Part shown: one piece after another, positions 53,564 to 64,000 of the stretch
Layout of the letters: every line of letters starts with the position of its first letter
Position numbering within the stretch: the first letter of the stretch is position 1
Origin: Octopus vulgaris
Taxonomy: Eukaryota
Reading direction: 5' to 3'
DNA: 64,000 bases
NCBI GenBank assembly: GCA_951406725.2
Contig: OX597818.1
Span: forward strand, 117,676,001 to 117,740,000
Program-made: the position numbers and the translations under genes
Notes under the pieces: model-generated
What the model was told of the DNA's origin: nothing
What the model saw: the letters and a program-made list of their open reading frames with translations, nothing else
Databases searched by the model: none

Positions 53564-55929
53564 TATAAATTTGTTAAAAATGGCAATGTAGCATCTCATT
53601 TAAACATACATTTGGATCCAAATAAGACCTGTTGTCTTTAGCCTCAAAATATATCTTTATAAAGTTCCCTGCCTCTTGGATCTTAAAACTATTCCTATAT
53701 TCTTCCGCTCGACATTATACAGAACTGAAATGAATTCAACCAGAGAATCCAGAAACTCCATCGAGGCATATGAAAGCACAGTAGGTATGCTTGCCGCCTT
53801 GATGTAATCTCTTTCTAACCCTCTGTATCTACGCTTATACCTGTTAACTTTGTAACTCACTACACTATCTTCTAAACCTCACTGAGAAATCTACTAATTT
53901 CTTCCGTTTTTCTTTCTTTTCTTTTTTTTTGTCGCAATATCTTTAATTACTTAGTGTTAAGAAACGCACAAGAGACCCAAAGAGCAGGAAATCATGAGAG
54001 GACAAACCCCACTCTGGTAAGTGCTTCGGCCCTAAACTTCTTATCTTCCGAGAGTTCCGGGCCGCATCCACATGATGACTTCAGGTACCCTGCTGCTTCC
54101 ACAAGAATTGTCACTCGTGTTTGTTGAAATCATTTAAAAACAATTCCAGTCTTGATATTTTTTCTACCACATAAATTATTTTCGCTGAATTAAAGTGCTA
54201 AAAAGTAAATTTAGCAAAATATATCTGAGTGCTTACCCTAAATAAAGTACAGTTAAACATAATATCAAAATATATTAAGTTTTCATTCATATTTTTTGTC
54301 AAGTTGTTCAGCCATGATATGTCCAGCAATATAATATATTTTCTTAGAGATAAAGACAGATTATATCTCGTTCATAATGTATCACTTTCCATTAATATGT
54401 TTTATCCAGAATATCGCAATGTGGATAGACTAGAAAGTGTGTTTGGTGTCATTTGAGTAATAGACTTTGAATTTTTGGAGCAAAACTCGAGACCCAATTC
54501 CGGACATGTTTGAAAGCTTGAGAGCGACGTATGTATACATGCACGCACACGCACACATAACCAAACACATACACACACACACATTCTTTCTCTCTCACAC
54601 CCACACATATTCTCTTTCTGTCTCGCACACACACACACAAATTCTTTCTCTCTCATACCCACACATATTCTCTTTCTGTCTCGCACACACACACACACAC
54701 ACAAACACTCACACACACACACACTCAGATTCTCTCTCTCTCTCTCTCAGACATACACTCGTACATATACACATGCACCTATATGCGTTGTGATTGCGAG
54801 TATATATAGTTATGTGCATATGTTAAACGTGCCTGTGTGTGTGTGTTTTTGCGTTTGTGTGCTTGAGTGTGTGTATGTATATGTGTATGTGCGTATATGA
54901 ATATGTTGGTGTGTATTTGCGTATGTGTTTGTCTGCCATTAACTCTCACAATTTGTCTCTTAGTCAATCTTTATCTTTCACTCTCTTTGTCTGTCTGTAT
55001 CCCTCTCTATATGTATGTACACACACGCACACATACATGTCTAAATGTAAAGAGAAAGAAAAAGAGAAAAAGAGAGAGAGAGAGAGGAGAAGGAAAGAGA
55101 GCCAGAGACAGAGAAGCAGTGAGATAGAGAGAGAGGAAACAAGCTTGTATGGGTGTTTCTGTACAATTAGCACACACACACACACGCACACATACACTCT
55201 CTCACACACACTCTCTTACACACACACAGATACACACACAAACACACACTCTCTTACACACACACAGATACACACAAACGCACACACATGCACGTACACA
55301 CAACGCTCGTACAAAACGTTTACAGATTTAGAAAAAACATAACATTTGTCACTAAAATAAACACGAAAGAGACAGTATTGTTTAAAACCTTGGCAACGGT
55401 AACCATGCCAACGTGAAAAATATCAACATCAACAGAAGAGAATTTGAAATCACAGAAATCTCATGAAATTCAACACTTCCAACTTACTGTAAGATGGTAA
55501 AGGAAATAGCTATAATAAAAAAAAAAGGAAGGAAACTTCTCGAATACTATGCAGTACTATGTCAAACATAGCAAGGAAATCGGGCGTTGACATTCAAGAT
55601 TGCATTCAGGGTGGAATTTTGGGTATTAAGATGCCAGTTGCCTCAGGCTACGGTTGACAACTCAATTCGCCATTCTATTCCGTTCAACGCTTACGACTAA
55701 TTCCCCCACCCCCACCCGCCACCACTCTCTCTTGTTTGTTCTTTTGTTGTGTGTACTGTCTCCATCTAAACTTTCTGTCTGGTGCCTGCATCGCGTTCTC
55801 TTTTGTTCGTGTTTAGTTCCTATCCCTTTCTCGCCAATCTTTGCCTATCTTACTCTCTCTCTCTCTCTGTCTCTTTCAGTCCATATAAGAGTATATAGGT
55901 ATGTGCTTATGTGTGTGTGTCAGTGTGGG

Positions 55930-55981
<52 letters not shown>

Positions 55982-56059
55982 CGTACGTAAACAGGTACAT
56001 ACACACACACATATAAATATGTGCTTAAACAGGTACACACATATATACATGCATACATA

Positions 56060-56109
<50 letters not shown>

Positions 56110-56135
56110 CATACATAAACAGACACACGCTTATA

Positions 56136-56195
<60 letters not shown>

Positions 56196-56365
56196 TGTGT
56201 GTGTGTGTGTATGTGTATGTATGTGTACCAATCCACACATATATATACACTCACATTTATGCATTGATTGCGTCAAGAGAGTTGAAAAAATTTGAGACGT
56301 GAAATTAAAATTTTGACGTTTTATCCGTAGAATTCAAGCTACAAATGAATCTATAAATAATAGCG

Positions 56366-56366
<1 letters not shown>

Positions 56367-56455
<89 letters not shown>

Positions 56456-56501
56456 AGTATCTATCTATCTATCCATCTATCTATCAATGTATCTATCTAA
56501 G

Positions 56502-56579
<78 letters not shown>

Positions 56580-56581
56580 AG

Positions 56582-56674
<93 letters not shown>

Positions 56675-56690
56675 GTCTGTCTATCTATCT
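56367..56690. repeat. (TATC)n microsatellite
   Basis: Direct reading. Confidence 0.95.
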
Positions 56691-57370
56691 AATATGATAC
56701 AAGATATGTGCGTGCACGTATGAATCATCATGTGGATATATATCTCCATTGCGGATAATGTTTGATTGGTGAAGAAGCCAAACTTCCTTCAAATTATGGC
56801 CTACTGTTTTGTGTCATATATTTTTATCAAAAAGAAGGAAACACTTATGTGACAGTTCGCTGAATCTCTCACAAATCACAACATATGTGTTGCATATTAT
56901 GTTGTGTGAGCCAACGACGCTTCTACGTTTCAACTAAAACTATTAAAAAGTGAGCCGGCGTGAGCGTTGTTGCAGAATAGCTTGACCTGTTGGTCGTAGC
57001 AGCCAATTCTGTATGAAATCGCACTCTGCTGTTTCGTGAATGATTTTATCAATATAAGCAATCAAACACAACCTCCAGTGGATAGAGTGTGGGTCACAGG
57101 ATATGACAATGATGGCCCTTTGAAGTAGAGTAGCTACAAATTTTTTGCCAGCGAGTGATCTGGGTCAACATGAAATATAATGTTTTGTCGCCTGGAATCG
57201 AACTCGCAACCTTACGATCACCAGGTCGAATGCCTTAACTGTTAACTCACGCGTCTTCATACGATCTGCTCGATATTGTAGCCAAATCACAGTAGAGTGT
57301 ATGTATATTTAATAAGGGACAGGCTACAAGTAAATATTTTGCCCTTAATTGTTAAGTATTAAATTTTTAG

Positions 57371-57528
57371 GGACAGGAGTGTGGTAGGTAGCTTACCTAC
57401 CAACCACATACTTCCGGGTTCAGTCCCACTGCGTGGCACCTTGGGCAAGTGTCTTCTCCTATAGCCTCGGGCCGACCAAAAGCCTTGTGAGCGGATTTGG
57501 TAGACGGAAACTGAAAGAAGCCCGTCGC

Positions 57529-57566
<38 letters not shown>

Positions 57567-57799
57567 GTTTGTGTGTGTGTTTGTGTGTCTGTGCTTGTCG
57601 CCCCCCCCCCCCAACATCGCTTGACAACTGATGCTGGTGTGTTTACGTTCCCGTAACTTAGCGTTTCGGCAAAAGAGACCGATAGAATATGTACTAGGCT
57701 TAAAAAGAATAAGCCCCGGGATCGATTTGCTCGACTAAAGGCGGTGCTCTAGCATGGCCGCAGTCAAATGACTGAAACAAGTAAAAGAGTAAAAGAGTA
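57371..57799 (+). mobile_element. SINE family A, full length
   Basis: tRNA-like head with GGGTTCAGTCCC, CORE-like CCTTGGGCAAGTGTCTT, internal microsatellite, (GTAAAAGA)n tail. Confidence 0.9.
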
Positions 57800-60700
57800 T
57801 TAAAAATAATCTCTCTCCATCAAGGTGAAATCTTCTAAGTTATATTTAAGTCCACAAAAGAGACCTCTAGTTGGTAGTTATAGCTGATATATTTAGTAGC
57901 CACACTTTCTATGAAGCCATCAACCCGGCTCACCACATACTTGCTATATTACACAATATGCCATAACATATCACACGACCTATATGTCAGATTCATCTCA
58001 GGAAAATTCGTTTGATATAGTCTTTCTCATTCGGAATATTTTAAAGGCCAACTGACTTGATGTGAAAGTTTTAAGGGCCTGACATGGCTATCAGACTCAG
58101 CTAGGCTGTAAATATTACACCACACAGACACTTTGCTATAGCCATCAATACATTTCAAAGCTACTTTATTGAAAATTTTGGATGAAATGATTTTCTTAAC
58201 ACTTTTTCTCTTTACTTCATGAAATATATCTCAACATATCTCGAAAGAGATAAAGCGATGATCGCGCAGAATCGTTAGAATGCGGGGCAAAATGCTTAGC
58301 GACATTTCGTGTGTCTTTACATTTTCAGTTCGAATTCCACCGAGGCCGACTTAGCCTATCGATAAAATATGTACCAGTTAAGTACTGGGGTCAGTGTAAT
58401 CGGATTACCCCTTTCCCCGAAATAGGCTGACCTTGTGCCAAAATTTGAAAACAATATATGAAAAGAGAGAGATGCGAACGGTCAGTTTATCGAAACGTTA
58501 TAGATCATAATCAAGAAAATTAGTTTTTGAGTTTGGTTCTAAATTCTAGTTGAAGGAATGTGAGCCAAAGTCAGCAATATTAGCTTATAGTATTGCATTG
58601 TACCTGTTTTGTATAGTGAAACTGTACACCCCTCTCTGCAAAAAATGGTAGTAACCAGCCATTATAAGTAGACAAGCAGCCGGCCGAGAGAGGTCGAGAG
58701 TACGTGTAGACTGTGTTGATAGTCGTGTCAGTTCTGATATAATAATTATACTGTGATATAGAGTGGAGGTTATAAAGGTCCAACATTTTAAGGATAGTGA
58801 CACTGTGTGACTGGGGGGGCGTACAGTGCCAGATAGAACCATTCTATCGACGACTTAAGAATATAAAAATATTTGTCAGACAGACAACCGTTGTCAAAAG
58901 ACAGATGCAACAGTGGCAAAAGACCGCTTCACAACAACACGCTACTAATGATTATATTTGTGAATGTGCTTTGGGAATTTTCTCCTGTTCATGCATGTAT
59001 TTGAGAAGTTTATTTTGTGCTGACGTTTTGATTGCGCAACATCATTGAGTGTCACTCAATTCCCTCATTGTATCACAGCGTTTGCACCATGTAAAACACC
59101 ATTATCACTACGAAACATAAGGTGATCTAGCTTCAACTCAACTATTATTTCTATCAATTCGGAAACGGTGGACCTGAATGAATACAATAAAATACAGTAG
59201 AATTGCGGTCAATGCTTAGCAACATAGTTGGAGCAAACAAGCCTTTCCTGGAGAATTACAACCATGTTTCGTGGTCTGCTACCACAGCAGATCTTTATAG
59301 GATCCAGTTAGCTCAAGACCTCATCAGGAGGAACCACGTCCGGTTTCGGCCCATACTTCTCTACCGTTTTGACGTGGCGCCCCCCCTTTCGGTGATGTCT
59401 TCAGCTCTGGTGCTGGGTGCATGTCTTCTTTCTTCTTCTTTCTTCTGTTCCCTGGCCTCTTCGGTGTAGCGTCAACGAGTGTCAGCCGGCGACTGACTGA
59501 CTTGTCAAATTTTTTCCCTTTAAATACCTGCCTTTAAATTTCCTTTAAATACCTGTACATCGCTAAAGAACTAAGGAAAAAAGGAATATGATTGTTTTTC
59601 AAAATCAAGATTTTGAAGAACAAGACGGTCGTTTATGTTATGAAAATTCAGCGTCTATGTGCGTCTAGCTTATTCTCATAACTTAATTAAAAGATTGAAG
59701 ATTCTTAGAAATTAAGAAAAAGATATGCACAAAATGGAAAGCAATCCCATTAAAATTACAATATGCACACACCCACCACATCCACATCCACACACACACA
59801 CACACACACAGACACAGACACACAGACACACAAACACACACAATCATACAACCATACATATATGTACAGATGTAAGAACATACATATATATGCAAACGTA
59901 AACAGTAAGTTAAACATAGCAAGCGATAAATAGATCATATTTCAAGGATGGATGTGTTATACAATTTTATTTTTCTGCGACCGATGTTATTTCGACTTCG
60001 TTCTTATTTTTGCAGAGTGAATCGCATTAGCAGCATTATTTAGTCGAAGACAGATTTCAATTATAAAAATATACGAACATTAATACAGTAAGTATATATT
60101 AAGAAAATGCTTCTGCATCATTACTTTTCCTAATCATCCTAGCTGTTATAATTGACATTGTTGTTCTAGAAAACCACGACGTTGAAACACACGTAAGGAA
60201 CAAATGTTCTGTATATCATAATTAGTAATAAAACAAAATATGGTAGCAATGAGACCAAATCATCATACTGGATGTTGATCATCTATAAGGCGGTCAAAAC
60301 TGAGCAGTAGCAGCAGTCTGTAGACACAAGATGAACAGGATGTAAATAAACATGTAATATAATCCAGATGAGAAGACAAAGAGATTTTAACACAATTTTA
60401 ATGGTGTGTTATTAAAGAGGTGTTGAAATCTTTCTTTGTCATTTTCTTTGGATTATGTTCTGTTCTTCACTAAACCCACGCAACGGATTTACCGTTGTGA
60501 AACCGAAAATTTCTATATCTGAAGAATTCCAATATTAGACTGGAATCCGTCAGTGTAAATAGCCTAAGGCTCCGATTGAATGCTGAATTGGAAACACTCG
60601 ATCTTTTCACCATCACAACACATTACATGTGTGTGTGTGTGTGTGTGTGTATGTCTGTCTGTGTGTGTATGAGTGTGTGCGTTTGCGTCTGTGGGGGCGT

Positions 60701-61208
60701 GTATGTATATATATATATAGTTGGTAACCCGGTCGTCAATTGCTAACTATAACCTTCCGTCTGATCCATCTTGAGGCAAAGTATCAAATCGAATTGATCC
60801 CGTGTTTTTTTCCTTCTTCTCAGTTCTAGTCGGAATCCCATTTTTTAAATTTTATGGTTTCTTATTTGATCAGCCAAATGTTTGTGTTTCCTTCGTGGTT
60901 TGTTCTGATAGCTCGTTTTACAAGATCGCTGTCGGCAGAGCATCTGTTTTGGCAACCGAGTTTAAATTCTTTGAAGATATTCAGACCAGCAGAAATTCCA
61001 ACTATATTTTTCACAATTCAATGGCAGACTTTTATGGTGACGGATTGAAAAACATTATATAACGTCATGAAAACTGCTAAGAACAACATATATGTACAGA
61101 GACACACGCACAAACACACACACACACACACACACACACATGCATATAGGCACACATGTAGATACGCATATATGTATATATACAAACATAAAAACATACA
61201 TATATATG

Positions 61209-61261
<53 letters not shown>

Positions 61262-61739
61262 GTGTGTGTGTATGTGTGTATGTATGTATATATATATAGA
61301 TATATACATATATACATAACGAAATACATACATGCGAAAAAATGTGCTTAATTAAACGAGGTAACTCGCACCTAAATAATACTCATCCCACCCTAATTAC
61401 CCAATGAAACTAACCAATCTGCCACAGGCTGGCCTCTATCCAGCGAATGTACCAGCGCAAGAACAAAAAGTTCTATCACATATGTATCAATTATTTTCGT
61501 ATCCTAACCGATGCATCAATCTATATTCGCAATGTGAAGAGATTTAATTAAATCAGTAAATCGAAACGATCGCAAATGCTAGCTTCATCTCTGCTTCTTC
61601 CTTCTTTGTTATCTATTTAATTAAAGACATACCAGCGTAAACTTCGAGTTTCCCATTGTTATTGTATCCATTTTCTTCTCACACATACACACACACGCAC
61701 ACGCAGACCTCTGCACACGCACATATCCACACTTACACA

Positions 61740-62022
61740 CACGTTCTCGTGTCTTTGACAGACCTACTCTTCTGTCTTTGAAAACAACTTTCTTCACCCA
61801 TTTCCTTCCCGTCTTTCAAAATGTGACCTCGTATGTACCGTTGGCGATTTTTTTCCTCTGTCTTCCCTTCTCTGGATCTTTCCTTCTCCTATGTTTCCGA
61901 CGAAGAGCTCCGCTCCAAAGGTTAAGCCCTCCTTCTTTCCTTCTTTCCTGAGCGTCCAATAATACCATATTTGTTCCACGTCCTCGCGTTGTTGTGTTCT
62001 TTTGTGCTTTCTTATTTGGATT

Positions 62023-62028
<6 letters not shown>
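61740..62028 (+). mobile_element. (TA)n-abutting PLE-like repeat with decayed minimal HHR (61893-61927)
   Basis: GTTT-CcGACGA-A-GAGC-tcc-GCTC-cAAA-gG-TT-AAGC; downstream TCCTGAGCGT..TAATAC is shared with the 13927/29247 family. Confidence 0.5.
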
Positions 62029-62098
<70 letters not shown>

Positions 62099-62140
62099 GA
62101 CTAGCTCACATGTATTATAACCCATGCTACTAAACGTTTG

Positions 62141-62349
62141 ACGCATATGGAATCCATGTACGTTCTTCAGGCGGCAGCAACACCATCAGACTTAAGCAGT
62201 TTAAATACTGGACAAAATTTAAAAACAAGGCGAAAGAAACCCAGTATCAGTTTTTTTCGCCCTGTTTTTAAATTCGGTCCAGTATTTAAACTGCTTAAGT
62301 CCGATGGTATGGCTGCCGGCCGAAGAACACACATGGGTTCCATATACGT
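62141..62349. repeat. Long imperfect palindrome (foldback/MITE-like), arms about 98 bp, loop about 10 nt
   Basis: GACTTAAGCAGTTTAAATACTGGAC / GTCCAGTATTTAAACTGCTTAAGTC and flanking arm sequence. Confidence 0.9.
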
Positions 62350-62493
62350 GAGGTGGTCATAAAAAATAACATTTACTCTCGTTAGATGGAGTACTATTTT
62401 TGGTGAACCTGTGCGTACGGACCTATTCATTATATATATATATATATATATATATAGGCACACACACATACATACACACGCACACACGCACAA

Positions 62494-62528
<35 letters not shown>

Positions 62529-62529
62529 C

Positions 62530-62622
<93 letters not shown>

Positions 62623-62712
62623 TGTATGTATAAGGATGAAAAGGAACACACGAGTTGATATATATGAAACAACAAGTCAGGATAGAAAATGCTAAAATAA
62701 TTTTATAAAGAA

Positions 62713-62758
62713 CATTTCAGTACCGGTTTCAGCCATTGAGACTTTTTCAACTGTAACA
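62713..62758 (-). ncRNA. Minimal type I hammerhead variant (U3-A8)
   Basis: Minus strand CAG-TTGAAAA-AGTC-tcaat-GGCT-GAAA-CCGG-TA-CTG. Confidence 0.6.
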
Positions 62759-62900
62759 ATTAAATAATTAAATTTAGAAAAATTAAAATGAAAGTTTTTT
62801 TTTTAAAGAATATTTGTATAGTGTTCAAATATAAGTGGCGTTTTCCTTGTTTCTGCCTGTCTCGAAAGACAGAGACAGTATTTTCTATCCTGACTTGTAT

Positions 62901-62989
<89 letters not shown>

Positions 62990-63004
62990 CATATGTATAA
63001 CTTT

Positions 63005-63042
<38 letters not shown>

Positions 63043-63047
<5 letters not shown>

Positions 63048-63829
63048 AGGCGATTGAGTTCATGAAAACATATGTTAATATGCACCACATAAACCTGAAC
63101 TTTATGATACATACGAGAAAAACATTTATATTCAGTAAGGTCTCCGAATATTTCGATGCATGGATAAGATCGTATAACAGGGCGGACATCTGCGATCTTG
63201 CAGGTCTCTATATATTAAATGCGCTACGATCCAAGTTCCTATCTATATTGGCCGATGTCGAGACAATGGGTTGGGAATATCTCAATTCTCTGATGGTCAC
63301 ACTCATGATAAATTTTTGAAAAAACTCATTGATATCTTTTGTCAATTAGGCCTCACAGTCAATGTCACTTCTAATATGTCAGAAATCGATTTTTTAACGT
63401 TTCCCTAGATATATAACCCCGTTCGTATAATCCGAACCACAAACCAAACGAAAATCTCACGCATATATACAAACAGTTTTGTCAGTCCCCTATAGTGTTT
63501 AAACACCTGATATCTAATCGCTACTGTTCTAAAGAAATATTTGATAAAGCAACGCTCTGGTATAACAATGTTCTAGTTAGCAGTGGCTTCAAAGTTAAGA
63601 TACATAGTACCATTCCAAGTAAAAATATGAATAATGAAAATAGAGGCAAAAACAGACCTAGGCAAATACATGGTTCGGTCCCAGCACTTTGCCCTTAAAC
63701 ATTAAAGCTAACGTATCTAAGAAACCTCTGACTCTTTCAGATAAGCATTTCCCAGGATACCATATATACAGAAAGAATTTTAATAGATGCTCGATTGAAA
63801 TATCATAGAGCTACAGTGCCAGTGTGAAG

Positions 63830-63832
<3 letters not shown>
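63043..63832 (+). pseudogene. Decayed Penelope-like element reverse transcriptase/thumb fragment
   Basis: Frameshifted peptides [17 protein letters not shown] (cf. GSYDGAExCELVGLYIL), IGRCRDNGLGI (cf. GLYRDDGL), KKLIDIFCQLGL...IDFL, KPN, YNNVLVSSGF and KHFPGYHIYRKNFNR; bounded by (TA)n and (CA)n. Confidence 0.8.
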
Positions 63833-63897
<65 letters not shown>

Positions 63898-64000
63898 TGA
63901 TTATTTGTCATATAAACTACGACGTTAGTGGCAGGATGCAGTATATGTGCTTCAGCCTATCGGAATTTTTTTTGCAGCGAGAACGATTTCATTCGTTGAA

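Noticed and set aside
53657-53860. Minus-strand ORF with PTVLSYAS, reminiscent of a LINE RT C-terminus
   Set aside because: Too short and diverged to assign.
60015-60093. Segment between a strong acceptor (TTATTTTTGCAG) and GTAAGT
   Set aside because: Stops in all three frames; such sites arise by chance in AT-rich DNA, and there are no expression data.

Overview
AT-rich eukaryotic intergenic or intronic DNA with no recognisable intact protein-coding gene. Nearly all ORF-track entries are translations of microsatellites. The SINE families and the very high (TA)n/(CA)n/(TAGA)n/(TAG)n density suggest a coleoid cephalopod, probably Octopus (inference from recalled repeat families, not a database hit). 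The window holds dozens of tRNA-derived SINEs, RTE and CR1-like LINE fragments, mariner, pogo, hAT and piggyBac-type non-autonomous DNA elements, and a decayed Penelope-like (PLE) reverse transcriptase at about 63.0-63.8 kb. The main hidden signal is a set of hammerhead ribozyme (HHR) motifs in several non-coding repeat families, most of them next to or inside (TA)n tracts. (1) A young 481-482-bp tandem array at 49.28-51.09 kb carries one canonical type I HHR per unit and has a 600-bp inverted arm, resembling a retrozyme or PLE pseudo-LTR. (2) A tRNA-headed SINE carries an HHR in its tail (20.1-20.4 kb, with further copies at 13.2 and 19.9 kb). (3) Minimal HHR variants have altered cores (A6 substitution, U3-A8 covariation). 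(4) Decayed type II-like HHRs are also present. Three of these insertions share the PLE-like architecture of an inverted partial copy at the 5' end. The window also shows local inverted templated duplications and a 2x2 head/tail shuffle among SINEs. All structures were read by eye and ribozyme activity is untested.
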